A DNA stretch of 49,012 nt from an uncultured Thiobacillus sp. (GCA_964583195.1 CAZOVQ010000001.1:1-49012); one strand, 5' to 3'; shown: positions 8,411-19,152, counted from the first letter of the stretch. Notes: generated by a model from the letters alone, not told the origin. Numbers and translations are program-made.

Positions 8411-9480
8411 ACAGACACGCCGAACGCTCCGCCATGCCCGACAGCCTGTGCGCCGCAGCGATGGTGCGGCCACTTGCCGACGTTGATCGCGCACGCTGGG
8501 ACGCCTTCGTGGCCAAGCATCCCGACGCCACCTTCTTCCATCGCGCGGGCTGGAAGCGGGTGATCGAGGACGCCTTCGGCCATCGCACGCATTTTCTTCT
8601 GGCCGAACGCGCGGGCGACATCGTCGGCGTGCTGCCGCTGGCCGAAATCAGAAGCCGCCTGTTCGGCCACAGCCTGGGGGCGCTGCCCTTCTGCGCCTAC
8701 GGCGGCCTGCTCGCCGACGACGCCGACGCCGGGTGTGCGCTCGATGCAGCCGCGCAGGCGCTCGCCGTGCGGCTCGGCGTTGGCGCGCTCGAATATCGCA
8801 ACCGCACGGCGCAGCATGCCGACTGGCCGACCAAGGATCTGTACGTCACTTTCAGGAAAGCCATCGAACCCGAAGTCGAGGCCAACCTGAACGCCATTCC
8901 GCGCAAGCAGCGCGCAATGGTGAGAAAGGGCATCAAGGCGGGCTTGAAGGGGGAAATCGACGCCGGGATCGGGCGTTTCTTCGACGCGTATTCGACGAGC
9001 GTGCACCGCCTCGGCACGCCGGTATTCCCACGCCGCTATTTCCAGTTGCTGCAGGACGAATTCGGTGACGACTGCGAAGTGCTGACCATCGTGCGCGAGG
9101 GCGAGGTCATCGCCAGCGTGATGTCGTTCTACTTCCGCGACGAAGTGCTGCCCTACTACGGCGGCGGCACCGATGCCGCACGCGCCGTGGCCGGTAACGA
9201 TTTCATGTACTGGGAACTGATGCGGCGCGCCTGCGAGCGCGGATTCAGGGTGTTCGATTTCGGCCGCAGCAAACGTGGCACCGGTTCCTTCGATTTCAAG
9301 AAAAACTGGGGCTTCGAAGCGACGCCGCTCCATTACGAGTACTTTCTCGTGCGCGACCGCGAGGTGCCGGAAATCAACCCGCTCAACCCCAAATACCGTC
9401 TGTTCATCGAAGCCTGGAAAAAAATGCCGCGCCCCCTCGCCAACGCGATCGGGCCTTACATCGTCAGAAATCTGGGATGA
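8407..9480 (+). CDS. FemAB-related GNAT-fold protein (TIGR03019-like)
   Basis: WDAFV..HPDATFFH, RKQRAMVRKG, FDFGRSK..TGSFDFKKNWGF. ATGA overlap with the upstream gene. Confidence 0.9.
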   Translation: MNRHAERSAMPDSLCAAAMVRPLADVDRARWDAFVAKHPDATFFHRAGWKRVIEDAFGHRTHFLLAERAGDIVGVLPLAEIRSRLFGHSLGALPFCAYGGLLADDADAGCALDAAAQALAVRLGVGALEYRNRTAQHADWPTKDLYVTFRKAIEPEVEANLNAIPRKQRAMVRKGIKAGLKGEIDAGIGRFFDAYSTSVHRLGTPVFPRRYFQLLQDEFGDDCEVLTIVREGEVIASVMSFYFRDEVLPYYGGGTDAARAVAGNDFMYWELMRRACERGFRVFDFGRSKRGTGSFDFKKNWGFEATPLHYEYFLVRDREVPEINPLNPKYRLFIEAWKKMPRPLANAIGPYIVRNLG

Positions 9481-9488
9481 GGCGCGTC

Positions 9489-10709
9489 ATGGGAGGTCTG
9501 CTGTTTCTCGCGCACCGCATTCCGTATCCGCCCAACAAGGGCGACAAGATTCGCTCGTTCCATCTGCTGCGGCATCTGGGCGCGCGCCATGAAGTCCATC
9601 TCGGCGCTTTCGTGGACGACCCGGACGACTGGCGCCATGCCGACGCGCTGAAACCGCATTGCGCCTCGATGCGGCTGGTGCCGCTTTACCCGCGCCGAGC
9701 GAAGCTTGCCAGCCTCACCGGTTTTTTCTCCGGCGAGGCACTCACCCTGCCCTACTACCGCAGCGCCGCCCTCCGCGCCTGGGCAGCGGCGCTGGCGCGC
9801 AACGGCACCGTGACCTGCGGCCTGGCGTTCTCCTCCGCGATGGCGCGCTTCATGCCGGCGGGACTCACGCACCGCGTGCTCGACATGGTCGACGTCGATT
9901 CCGACAAATGGACGCAGTACGCGCCGACGCAGCGCTGGCCGCTGTCGTGGCTCTACGCGCGCGAAGGCCGCAAGCTGGCGGAATGGGAGGCGCACGTTGC
10001 CACAGAATTCGACGCCACGCTCCTGGTGTCGCCGGAGGAAGCCGCCCTGCTGCAAAGCCGCGTGCCACAGGCGCGCAAGCGGATAGTCGCGTTCGAGAAC
10101 GGCGTCGATGCGGAATATTTCTCGCCCGAGCGCGCCTATGCCGATCCCTACCCCGCCGGTGAACGCGGCATCGTCTTCACCGGGGCGATGGATTACTGGC
10201 CCAATATCGATGCGGTCACGTGGTTCGCCGAAGCCATTTTCCCCGCGGTGCGCGAAGCCCGCGCCGACGCGCGCTTCTATATCGTCGGCAGCCGCCCGGG
10301 CGACGCCGTGACCCGGCTGGCGCGCCAGCCAGGCGTCGTCGTCACCGGAAGCGTGCCCGACGTGCGACCGTATCTCGCGCACGCGGCGTGCGCGGTCGCA
10401 CCCTTGCGCATCGCGCGCGGCGTGCAGAACAAGGTGCTGGAGGCGATGGCAATGGCCTGCCCGGTGGTCGCGAGCGGACAGGCCGCCGAGGGCATACGCG
10501 CCACCGCCGGGCGCGATTACTGGCTGGCGCACGAGGCGGCGGATTTCGCGCAGGCAGTGATCGCTCGGCTGGCCGCCGGCGAACGCAATGCCTCCGCGCG
10601 GGCGCGCATCCTGTCGCACTACGACTGGGCGCACAATCTTTCGGGCATCGACCCGCTGTTCGAAGCCGGCCCGCTCGCCGCGCCGGCCATGCAGACCTGT
10701 CCCGCATGA
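9489..10709 (+). CDS. GT4 sugar transferase (TIGR03087-like)
   Basis: HRIPYPPNKGDKIRS, DVDSDKW, GVQNKVLEAMA. ATG 9489 follows GAGG; ATG 9477 is an alternative. Confidence 0.9.
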   Translation: MGGLLFLAHRIPYPPNKGDKIRSFHLLRHLGARHEVHLGAFVDDPDDWRHADALKPHCASMRLVPLYPRRAKLASLTGFFSGEALTLPYYRSAALRAWAAALARNGTVTCGLAFSSAMARFMPAGLTHRVLDMVDVDSDKWTQYAPTQRWPLSWLYAREGRKLAEWEAHVATEFDATLLVSPEEAALLQSRVPQARKRIVAFENGVDAEYFSPERAYADPYPAGERGIVFTGAMDYWPNIDAVTWFAEAIFPAVREARADARFYIVGSRPGDAVTRLARQPGVVVTGSVPDVRPYLAHAACAVAPLRIARGVQNKVLEAMAMACPVVASGQAAEGIRATAGRDYWLAHEAADFAQAVIARLAAGERNASARARILSHYDWAHNLSGIDPLFEAGPLAAPAMQTCPA

Positions 10710-12250
10710 ACGCCGCACCCCGCCCCGTATCCATGCCAGCCGACAGCGCCTGGCGATCGCCGGCACTCATCGCCGCGGCCAGCATCCTCGCCCTGGTCGC
10801 GCTGTTCTGGCCGACGTTTCATTCGATGACGGAAATCTGGGCGCGCTCGGATACCTACGCGCACGGCTATCTCGTCTTCCCCATCAGCCTGTGGCTGCTC
10901 TGGCGCCGCCGCGCCGACCTGGCGCGCGTGACGCCCGTCGCCGACCCGCGCGGGCTGACAGTACTGGCCGCTGCCGGCGCCGTCTGGCTGCTGGCCGATG
11001 CGGGCAGCGTCAGCGTCGCCGCGCAATACGCTTTCGTCGCCATGCTGCTCGCCATGGTGTGGACGGTATTGGGCGGGGTTTTCGTGCGCGCCGCCCTGTT
11101 TCCGCTGCTGTTCCTGCTGTTCGCGGTGCCGGTGGGCGAATTCCTGATTCCGCCGCTGATGGAATTCACCGCCGATTTCACCGTGGCCGCGGTGAAGCTC
11201 GCCGGCATCCCGGTCTACCGCGAGGGCAATTATTTCAGCCTGCCCAGCGGCGACTGGTCGGTCGTCGAGGCCTGTTCCGGTTTGCGTTATCTGATCGCCT
11301 CGGTCACGCTGGGCGCACTCTACGCCTATCTGACCTATCGCACCTGGAAGCTGCGCCTGCTGTTCGCCGTGGCTGCCATCGCGGTGCCCATTCTGGCCAA
11401 CGGCCTGCGCGCCACCATGATCGTGATGATCGGTCATCTGTCGGGCATGAAATACGCAGTAGGGGTCGACCACCTGCTCTACGGCTGGGTATTCTTCGGC
11501 GTCGTCATGCTGCTGCTGTTCTGGGTGGGCAATTTCTGGCGCGAGGACGAGCTGCCTTATCCGCTGCCACGCCCCGCGGCAGCGCCAGCGCGTACCCACT
11601 CCTTTGCCGCGGTCGCGGTCGCGGCCCTGCTTGCTGCCGGATTGTGGCCGGCCTGGGCCGCCTGGCTCGACGCACGACCGCTGCCGCGCTTGCCGGAATT
11701 GAAGCTCGTGCCCGCCGGGGGCTGGCAGGCGGCGCCTGCCTTCACCGACTGGGTGCCGCACTGGGTCGGCGCCGACCGCAGGCTGCGCCAGAGCTACACG
11801 CAGGGCACGCACGCGGTGGTGCTGCAACTCGACTATTACGCGCGGCAGCGGCAAGGCGCCGAGCTCGTCAATTCGCAGAACTACATGGTCAGCCAGTCGA
11901 AGTACGAACACTGGGTCAACGTCGGCGAGACGGTCGAAACCGTCACGATCGACGGCCAGAGCCGCCCGGTGCGCCAGGCCCTGATGCGGCGCTACGACGG
12001 GCGCCGCCTGCTGGTGTGGCAGTGGAACCGCATCGGCGCCACGACGACGGTCGACGATCGCCGCGCCAAGCTGACGCTGGCGCTCGATCGACTGCGCGGC
12101 GTGCGCGACGACGGCGCATCGGTGCTGATCGCCACCCCCTACGACGAGGCCGGCGTCGAACTCGATACGGCAAAGGCCACGCTCGCACGCTTCGCCGCCG
12201 GCATGGCGCCGGCGATCGATGCCGCACTCGACCGGGTCGACGGCCCGTGA
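10706..12250 (+). CDS. xrtA: Exosortase A fused to a C-terminal EpsI domain
   Basis: Multi-TM protein with catalytic Cys (VVEACSGLRY), Arg (ANGLRA) and His (DHLLYGW), then an EpsI-like periplasmic domain (QRQGAELVNSQN). Confidence 0.93.
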   Translation: MNAAPRPVSMPADSAWRSPALIAAASILALVALFWPTFHSMTEIWARSDTYAHGYLVFPISLWLLWRRRADLARVTPVADPRGLTVLAAAGAVWLLADAGSVSVAAQYAFVAMLLAMVWTVLGGVFVRAALFPLLFLLFAVPVGEFLIPPLMEFTADFTVAAVKLAGIPVYREGNYFSLPSGDWSVVEACSGLRYLIASVTLGALYAYLTYRTWKLRLLFAVAAIAVPILANGLRATMIVMIGHLSGMKYAVGVDHLLYGWVFFGVVMLLLFWVGNFWREDELPYPLPRPAAAPARTHSFAAVAVAALLAAGLWPAWAAWLDARPLPRLPELKLVPAGGWQAAPAFTDWVPHWVGADRRLRQSYTQGTHAVVLQLDYYARQRQGAELVNSQNYMVSQSKYEHWVNVGETVETVTIDGQSRPVRQALMRRYDGRRLLVWQWNRIGATTTVDDRRAKLTLALDRLRGVRDDGASVLIATPYDEAGVELDTAKATLARFAAGMAPAIDAALDRVDGP

Positions 12251-13395
12251 ATGCGCACATCGTGCACATCGTGCATCGCTTCGATACCGGCGGCATGGAA
12301 AACGGCATGGTCAACCTGTTCAACACGCTGCCGCCCGATTGCTACCGCCACAGCGTCGTCGCCCTCACCGATTACACCGATTTCCGCCGCCGCATCGGCG
12401 CGCAGGCGGTCGAATTCCATGCGCTGCATCGCCCGCCCGGACGCGGCCTGGGCTGGACTCGTGCCCTGTGGCGTCTGCTGCGCGAAATCAAGCCGGACCT
12501 CGTCCACACGCGCAACCTCGCCGCGCTCGAAGCGCAGTTCGTCGCGGCGGCGGCCGGCGTGCGCGCCACCGTGCACGGCGAACACGGGCGCGACGTGTTC
12601 GATCTGCAGGGACAGAATCCGAAATACCGGCTGCTGCGCCGCGCCGCGCGCCCCTTCGTGTCGAACTACATCGCGGTGAGCCGCGATCTCGAAACCTGGC
12701 TGCGACATTACATCGGCGTGCCCCCGCACAAGCTGCATCAGATATACAACGGCGTCGACGGCTCGAAATTCCTGCCACGGGCGGGCGCACGCCCTGCCGT
12801 ACTGCCGCCCGGCTTCGCGGGCCCGGACGCCATGGTATTCGGCTCGGTCGGACGCATGGTCGAGGTCAAGGATTATCCGACGCTGATCGAGGCCTTCATT
12901 CGTCTGCTTCGCCGTCAGCCCGAGCGCGCCGCGCGCGCGCGGCTGGTCGTCGTCGGCGAAGGGCCGGCGCGCGCCGCCTGCCAGCGCCGGCTCGATCAGG
13001 CCGGCATGGCGGATCGCGCCTGGCTACCGGGCGAGCGGCACGACATTGCGGAATTGATGCGCGCCTTCGATGTTTTCGTGCTGCCGTCGAAAAACGAGGG
13101 CATCTCCAATACCATACTGGAGGCGCTGGCGAGCGGTCTGCCCGTCGTCGCCACCGAGGTCGGCGGCAACGTCGAACTGATCGAGGACGGCGTCAACGGC
13201 ACCCTGGTGAAGGCAGGCGACACCGAAGCCATGGCACAGGCCTTGCTCGCGTATCTGGAGGCCCCGGCGCGGGCGGCCGAACACGGGGCGCAGGCACGGC
13301 GGCACGCGGAACGCCGCTACAGCATTCCGGCCATGGCCGAAGCCTATGCCGGGGTATACGACAAAACGCTGGCTGGCCGTCAAGGCGCCGGATAA
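12247..13395 (+). CDS. GT4 sugar transferase (TIGR03088-like)
   Basis: GTG start; HIVHRFDTGGMENG, HGEHGRD, EGISNTILEA..GLPVV. Confidence 0.9.
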   Translation: MNAHIVHIVHRFDTGGMENGMVNLFNTLPPDCYRHSVVALTDYTDFRRRIGAQAVEFHALHRPPGRGLGWTRALWRLLREIKPDLVHTRNLAALEAQFVAAAAGVRATVHGEHGRDVFDLQGQNPKYRLLRRAARPFVSNYIAVSRDLETWLRHYIGVPPHKLHQIYNGVDGSKFLPRAGARPAVLPPGFAGPDAMVFGSVGRMVEVKDYPTLIEAFIRLLRRQPERAARARLVVVGEGPARAACQRRLDQAGMADRAWLPGERHDIAELMRAFDVFVLPSKNEGISNTILEALASGLPVVATEVGGNVELIEDGVNGTLVKAGDTEAMAQALLAYLEAPARAAEHGAQARRHAERRYSIPAMAEAYAGVYDKTLAGRQGAG

Positions 13396-13423
13396 TTCGA
13401 CAGCGACAAGGGATACACCAGAC

Positions 13424-15343
13424 ATGTGCGGCATCACCGGCATCTTCGACACCCGCGAAGCGGGTGACATCTCGCACGCCCTGCTCGATCGCATGAACGA
13501 GACCCAGTTCCATCGCGGCCCCGACGAAGGCGGCCTGCATCGTGAACCGGGTGTGGGGCTGGGCCATCGGCGGCTGTCCATCATCGACCTTTCCAGCGGC
13601 CAGCAGCCGCTGTTCAACGAAGACGGCTCGGTCGTCGTCGTCTTCAACGGTGAAATCTACAACTACCGGGAACTGGTGCCCGAACTCGAAGCGCTGGGCC
13701 ACATTTTCCGCACCCACTCCGACACCGAAGTCATCGTCCATGCCTGGGAGGCGTGGGGCGAGGCCTGCGTGGCGCGATTCCGGGGCATGTTCGCGTTCGC
13801 CCTGTGGGATCGCAACGCCGAAACGCTTTTCGTCGCGCGCGACCGTTTCGGCGTCAAACCGCTCTACTACGCCTTTCTCGACGCCGGCGAGTTCATTTTC
13901 GGATCGGAACTGAAGTCGCTCATGGCGCATCCGCAACTGCCGCGCGAGATCGACCCGCTGGCCGTCGAGGAATATTTCGCCTACGGCTACGTGCCCGAAC
14001 CGCGCACCATCTTCAGGCGCGTCTACAAGCTGCCGCCAGGATTCACGATGACGCTCAAACGCGGCGCGCCGCGCGCGCTGCCGAAACAGTACTGGGACAT
14101 GCCCTTCACCCCGGTCGCGGTGAAGGACGAAGCCGAGGCGTGCGAAGAACTTGTCCGTCGTCTGCAGGAATCGATCCGCCTGCGCATGATCGCCGACGTG
14201 CCGCTGGGCGCTTTCCTGTCCGGCGGCGTCGATTCCAGCGCCGTCGTGGCGATGATGGCCACGCAGTCGCACAGTCCGGTCAACACCTGCTCGATCGGCT
14301 TCGACGACCCGGCGTTCAACGAAGTCGAATTCGCGCAGCAGGTCGCCGACCGCTATCGCACCGCGCACCACGTCGAAACCGTCGCCTCCGGCGACTTCAG
14401 CCTGGTCGACCGGCTCGCCCGGGTTTACGACGAGCCCTATGCCGATTCATCCGCGCTGCCGACGTATCGCGTGTGCGAACTCGCGCGCAAGCATGTGAAG
14501 GTCGCGCTATCCGGCGACGGCGGCGACGAGCATTTTGCCGGCTACCGGCGCTACCGCTGGTTCCGCTACGAAGAACGCCTGCGCGCGGCGATGCCCCTGA
14601 TGCTGCGCCGCCCACTGTTCGGCACGCTCGGCAAGCTCTACCCCAAGGCCGACTGGGCGCCGAAAGTGTTCCGCGCCAAGACCACCTTCGAGGCGCTCGC
14701 GCGCGATACCGTCGAAGGCTATTTCCACGGCGTGTCGCTGCTGTCCGACGCGCAGCGCCGCCAGCTCTTTTCGCCCGCTTTCCGCCGCGAACTGCAAGGC
14801 TACACCGCCGTGGAAGTCCTGCGCCGCCACGCCGCCGTCGCCCCCACCGACGATCCGCTCTCGCTGGTGCAATATCTCGACATGAAGACCTATCTCGTCG
14901 GCGACATCCTCACCAAGGTCGACCGCGCCAGCATGGCGCACGCGCTCGAAGTGCGCGAACCGCTGCTCGACCACGAACTGACGGGCTGGGTGTCGGGCCT
15001 GCCTACCGACCTCAAGCTGCGCGGCGCCGAAGGCAAATATCTGCTCAAAAAGGCGATGCAACCCTACCTGCCGCACGACGTGCTGTACCGCAGGAAGATG
15101 GGGTTCTCCGTGCCGCTCGCGGCGTGGTTCCGCGGCCCGCTCGCCGCCGTCATCCGCAACGCGGTGCTGGGCGAACGCCTGGCGTCCACCGGACTGTTCA
15201 ACCAGGCCTATCTGCGCGACGTGGTCGAGGCGCATCAGTCCGGGCGCAGCGACTATTCCGTGATCCTGTGGACGGTGCTGATGTTCGACGCCTTTCTGGC
15301 ACAGGTGCTGGGCATGGACCAGAACGCCCGACAAGCCGCATGA
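13424..15343 (+). CDS. XrtA-system amidotransferase, asparagine synthetase B family (TIGR03108-like)
   Basis: N-terminal nucleophile MCGI, HRGPD, FNGEIYN, SGGVDSS, SGDGGDE. Confidence 0.93.
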   Translation: MCGITGIFDTREAGDISHALLDRMNETQFHRGPDEGGLHREPGVGLGHRRLSIIDLSSGQQPLFNEDGSVVVVFNGEIYNYRELVPELEALGHIFRTHSDTEVIVHAWEAWGEACVARFRGMFAFALWDRNAETLFVARDRFGVKPLYYAFLDAGEFIFGSELKSLMAHPQLPREIDPLAVEEYFAYGYVPEPRTIFRRVYKLPPGFTMTLKRGAPRALPKQYWDMPFTPVAVKDEAEACEELVRRLQESIRLRMIADVPLGAFLSGGVDSSAVVAMMATQSHSPVNTCSIGFDDPAFNEVEFAQQVADRYRTAHHVETVASGDFSLVDRLARVYDEPYADSSALPTYRVCELARKHVKVALSGDGGDEHFAGYRRYRWFRYEERLRAAMPLMLRRPLFGTLGKLYPKADWAPKVFRAKTTFEALARDTVEGYFHGVSLLSDAQRRQLFSPAFRRELQGYTAVEVLRRHAAVAPTDDPLSLVQYLDMKTYLVGDILTKVDRASMAHALEVREPLLDHELTGWVSGLPTDLKLRGAEGKYLLKKAMQPYLPHDVLYRRKMGFSVPLAAWFRGPLAAVIRNAVLGERLASTGLFNQAYLRDVVEAHQSGRSDYSVILWTVLMFDAFLAQVLGMDQNARQAA

Positions 15344-16566
15344 AAATCCTCCACGTCTTCGACCACACCCTGCCGCTGCATTCGGGCTACACCTTCAGGA
15401 GCGCTGCCATCCTGCGCGAACAGAAGAAGCTCGGCTGGGAGACGTTCCATCTTTCCGGCCCCAAGCAACTGAATTGCACCGTGGCCGAGGAAGACGCCGA
15501 CGGTCTGCATTTCCACCGCACGCCCCGGCCGGCGGGTCTGTTGAGCACACTGCCCGGTGGCGACCCCTTCGCGGTGATGCGGGCCATCGAAAAACGCCTG
15601 CTGCCGCTGGCGCGTGAACTCCAGCCCGACATCATCCACGCGCATTCGCCGGTGCTCGACGCGGTGCCGGCGATTCGTGTCGGACACAAGCTGGGGATTC
15701 CGGTGGTGTATGAAATCCGCGCCTTCTGGGAAGACGCGGCAGTCGATCACGGCAGCACCCGCGAGGGCAGTCTGCGCTACCGGCTTACGCGCGCGCTGGA
15801 AACCTGGGCGGTGCGGCGGGCGGACGCCGTCACCGTCATCTGCGAAGGTCTGCGCAACGACCTCGCGGCGCGGGGAATCCCGGCAGGCAAGATCACCGTC
15901 ATTCCGAACGCGGTCGATATCGACTGGTTCGAAACCGGCGGCAGGCCCGACCCCGAACTGAAAATGAAGCTGGGGCTCGGCACCAGCCGCGTGCTCGGTT
16001 TCATCGGCTCGTTCTACGCCTACGAAGGTCTCGACCTGCTCATCGCCGCGCTGCCCGCAATCCTGAAACAGATGCCCGACGTGAAACTGCTGCTGGTCGG
16101 CGGCGGGCCGCAGGATGCGGCACTGCGGCAGCAGGTCATGGCGCTCGATCTCAGGGATCGCGTGATCTTCACCGGCCGCGTGCCGCACGCCGAAGTGAAC
16201 CGCTACTACGATCTCGTCGACGTGCTGGTGTACGCGCGCCATCCGATGCGGCTCACCGACCTCGTCACGCCGTTAAAGCCGCTCGAAGCGATGGCGCAGG
16301 GGCGTCTCATGGTCGCCTCCGACGTCGGCGGCCACCGCGAACTTATCCAGGACGGCAAAACCGGCGTGCTGTTCCGCGCCGGACAGGCGGGCGACCTCGC
16401 CAGCAAGGTGGTGGCCCTGCTGAAATACGAGCAGGGCTGGGACACCCTGAAGAAAAATGGCCGCCGCTTCGTCGAAAGCGAACGCAACTGGGCGGCCAGC
16501 GTTGCCCGCTATCGCGGCGTCTACGGCGGCATCGTCAAGCCGGCACGGGAGGCCTTCGTTGGCTGA
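15340..16566 (+). CDS. GT4 glycosyltransferase, exosortase A-associated (TIGR04063-like)
   Basis: MKILHVFDHTLPLHSGYTFRS, YEIRAFWEDA, TPLKPLEAMA. Confidence 0.9.
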   Translation: MKILHVFDHTLPLHSGYTFRSAAILREQKKLGWETFHLSGPKQLNCTVAEEDADGLHFHRTPRPAGLLSTLPGGDPFAVMRAIEKRLLPLARELQPDIIHAHSPVLDAVPAIRVGHKLGIPVVYEIRAFWEDAAVDHGSTREGSLRYRLTRALETWAVRRADAVTVICEGLRNDLAARGIPAGKITVIPNAVDIDWFETGGRPDPELKMKLGLGTSRVLGFIGSFYAYEGLDLLIAALPAILKQMPDVKLLLVGGGPQDAALRQQVMALDLRDRVIFTGRVPHAEVNRYYDLVDVLVYARHPMRLTDLVTPLKPLEAMAQGRLMVASDVGGHRELIQDGKTGVLFRAGQAGDLASKVVALLKYEQGWDTLKKNGRRFVESERNWAASVARYRGVYGGIVKPAREAFVG

Positions 16567-17779
16567 TCTGGTGGTATTCAGTTCGCTGTTTCCGAGCGCG
16601 GCGCGGCCCGGTGCCGGGCTCTTCGTCCGCGAGCGCATGTTCCGCGTCGCCCGGCATCGGCCGCTGGTCGTGGTGTCGCCGCAGCCCTGGTTTCCCGGCC
16701 AGGGCGCGATCCGACTGTTCCGGCCCGGCTACCGGCCCATGGCGCCGGCGCTGGAAATGCAGCAGGGTATCGCCGTCTACCATCCGCGCTTTCTGTCGCT
16801 GCCCGGCCTGCTGCGCCGCTTCGACGGCTGGGCGATGGCGCTCGCCAGTTACTTCCTGTTGCGCCGCCTGCGCGCCGGGGGCGCACGCCTGATCGACGCG
16901 CACTTTGCCTATCCGGACGGCGAGGCGGCCACCCGGCTCGGCCGCTGGCTGGGGCTGCCCGTCACCGTCACCCTGCGCGGCACCGAAGTGCCGCACAGCG
17001 GCAGCCCGGCCCTGCGCCCGCGCCTGGTGCGCGTGCTGGCCGCGGCCACGCGCGTGTTCAGCGTCTCGGATTCGCTGCGCCGGCTCGCCCTCGAACTGGG
17101 GGTGCCGGCACAGCGGGCCGAAGTGGTCGGCAACGGCGTCGATACCCGGATCTTTCATCCTGTCGACCGACAGGCCGCACGCACGCGCTTCGGCCTGCCC
17201 GCCGATGTACAGGTGCTGGTTTCCGTCGGCGGGCTGGTCGAACGCAAGGGCATGCACCGGGTGATCGACTGCCTGCCGGCGCTGCTGGAACAGCACCCCG
17301 ACCTGCACTACCTCGTCGTCGGCGGCGCCAGCCCTGAAGGTGACATGCGAGCCGAACTCGAAGCGCAGGCGGCGCGCCTCGGCGTGTCCGGACGTGTGCA
17401 TTTCCTGGGCACGCTGCCGCCGGCCGAACTCAAATGGCCGCTGTCTGCCGCCGACGTGTTTGTGCTGGCCACCCGCAACGAAGGCTGGGCGAACGTGTTT
17501 CTCGAAGCCATGGCCTGCGGCTTGCCGGTGGTGACGACCAACGTCGGCGGCAACGCCGAAGTCGTGTGCCGGCCAGAACTCGGCAGGATCGTGCCCTTCG
17601 GCGACGCCGCCGCGCTCGGGTGCGCGCTCGACGAAGCACTGCACACGCACTGGGATCGGGACGCCATCCTCGCCTACGCGCGCGACAATCAGTGGGAACG
17701 GCGGGTGGCGCAACTGCTGCGCGCCTACGAAACGATCCTCGGCGACGCCCCCCCGTCGCCCGAATGGGCGGTGCGATGA
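16559..17779 (+). CDS. GT4 glycosyltransferase (TuaC-like)
   Basis: TTG start after GGGAGG; HFAYPDG, NEGWANVFLEAMACGLPVV. Confidence 0.88.
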   Translation: MADLVVFSSLFPSAARPGAGLFVRERMFRVARHRPLVVVSPQPWFPGQGAIRLFRPGYRPMAPALEMQQGIAVYHPRFLSLPGLLRRFDGWAMALASYFLLRRLRAGGARLIDAHFAYPDGEAATRLGRWLGLPVTVTLRGTEVPHSGSPALRPRLVRVLAAATRVFSVSDSLRRLALELGVPAQRAEVVGNGVDTRIFHPVDRQAARTRFGLPADVQVLVSVGGLVERKGMHRVIDCLPALLEQHPDLHYLVVGGASPEGDMRAELEAQAARLGVSGRVHFLGTLPPAELKWPLSAADVFVLATRNEGWANVFLEAMACGLPVVTTNVGGNAEVVCRPELGRIVPFGDAAALGCALDEALHTHWDRDAILAYARDNQWERRVAQLLRAYETILGDAPPSPEWAVR

Positions 17780-19152
17780 GCGTGCCGGCATGGCTCGCCC
17801 GCAGCGTATTCCGCCTGCAGGAAGCGGCGACGCATCGCCCCACCTTCGCCATGCTCGCCGAATTCGAAAACAGCCAATGGCTTTCACGCGAGGCGATGCG
17901 CGCGCTACAGACCGCCCGTCTCAATGCGCTGTTGCAAGCCGCCTTGGCGCACAGTCCCTGGCACGCCGACCGCATCCGTGCCGCGGGGCTCGAAGAAGCG
18001 GTGTGTGCAGGCGCAGCGGCACTGGACGATCTGCGACGTTTGCCGACTATGGACAAGCGCGATGCACGCGACAACGTCGAACGCCTGGTCTGGCGTGGGG
18101 TACCCGGCGGCGCGTTCCGGTACACCACCGGCGGTTCCAGCGGCGAGCCGCTGATTTTTCACTTCGGCCGCGCGCGCCAGGCCGCGGACGCCGCCGGCCG
18201 GCTGCGCGCACGCCGCTGGTGGGGAATAGAGCCGGGCGAGCGCGAAGTCTATCTGTGGGGCGCACCGGTGGAACTGAGCGGCACCGACCGCATCAAGTCG
18301 CTGCGCGACCGGCTGGTGAACCAGTTGCTGCTGAATGCCTTCGAAATGTCACCGGCGCGTATGGACGCCTATCTCGAAGCGATGCGGGCCTGGAATCCGA
18401 AAGCGCTCTATGGCTACGCGAGCAGTCTGGCGCTGCTCGCCGCGCACGCCGAGGCGCGCAGCGTGAAACCGGCCCTGCCCGCGCTGCGGGTGGTCGCCGC
18501 CACCGGCGAGCCGCTGTTTCCGCATCAGCGCGATCTCATCGAGCGCGTGTTCGGCGTGCCGGCCGCGGTCGAATACGGTGCGCGAGATGCCGGTCTCCTG
18601 GCGCTGGAATCAGCCGACGGCGCATTGCTGCAGATGAGCGAGACGCACATCGTCGAGGTGCTCGACGAGGCCGGCAATCCGGTCGATGAAGGCGAAGCCG
18701 TCATCACCAGCCTGGTGTCCGGGGCCCAGCCCTTCATCCGCTACCGCACCGGCGACGTGGTGCAACGTTCGGGCAGGCGGGATCCCGGAGGGCGCGGCCT
18801 CGACGTGCTCGACGCCGTGGTTGGCCGGCAAACCGATTTCGTCGTCGCCGCCGACGGCCGCATCATGCACGCACTGGCACTGATCTACGTGCTGCGTGCG
18901 GTGCCGGGCGTCGCCCAATTCAAGCTCGTTCAGCACGCCATCGACCGGCTCGAAGTGCAGTTGGTACCCGACGCGCGCTGGAACGAAACCGCCGCCGCGG
19001 CCGTCGAGGCCGGTCTGCGCGCGCGCCTCGGGGCATCGCTCGTCGTCGATCTGCGGCTGTGCGAAGCGATCGCGCCCGAGGCTTCGGGCAAGCACCGCTA
19101 TGTCGTCAGCCACGTCCCCCGCACCGGGGCGCTCGCGCAGGCCACCGGATGA
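17776..19152 (+). CDS. CapK/phenylacetate-CoA-ligase-like adenylate-forming enzyme
   Basis: YTTGGSSGEP P-loop, EYGARD, IRYRTGD, SGKHR. Confidence 0.87.
   Translation: MSVPAWLARSVFRLQEAATHRPTFAMLAEFENSQWLSREAMRALQTARLNALLQAALAHSPWHADRIRAAGLEEAVCAGAAALDDLRRLPTMDKRDARDNVERLVWRGVPGGAFRYTTGGSSGEPLIFHFGRARQAADAAGRLRARRWWGIEPGEREVYLWGAPVELSGTDRIKSLRDRLVNQLLLNAFEMSPARMDAYLEAMRAWNPKALYGYASSLALLAAHAEARSVKPALPALRVVAATGEPLFPHQRDLIERVFGVPAAVEYGARDAGLLALESADGALLQMSETHIVEVLDEAGNPVDEGEAVITSLVSGAQPFIRYRTGDVVQRSGRRDPGGRGLDVLDAVVGRQTDFVVAADGRIMHALALIYVLRAVPGVAQFKLVQHAIDRLEVQLVPDARWNETAAAAVEAGLRARLGASLVVDLRLCEAIAPEASGKHRYVVSHVPRTGALAQATG

Noticed and set aside
10588..16566. 935-aa and 937-aa ORFs suggesting giant fusion glycosyltransferases
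   Set aside because: Their N-terminal parts are Arg/Pro-rich off-frame readings of xrtA and the amidotransferase; real starts are at 12247 and 15340 with 4-nt overlaps.
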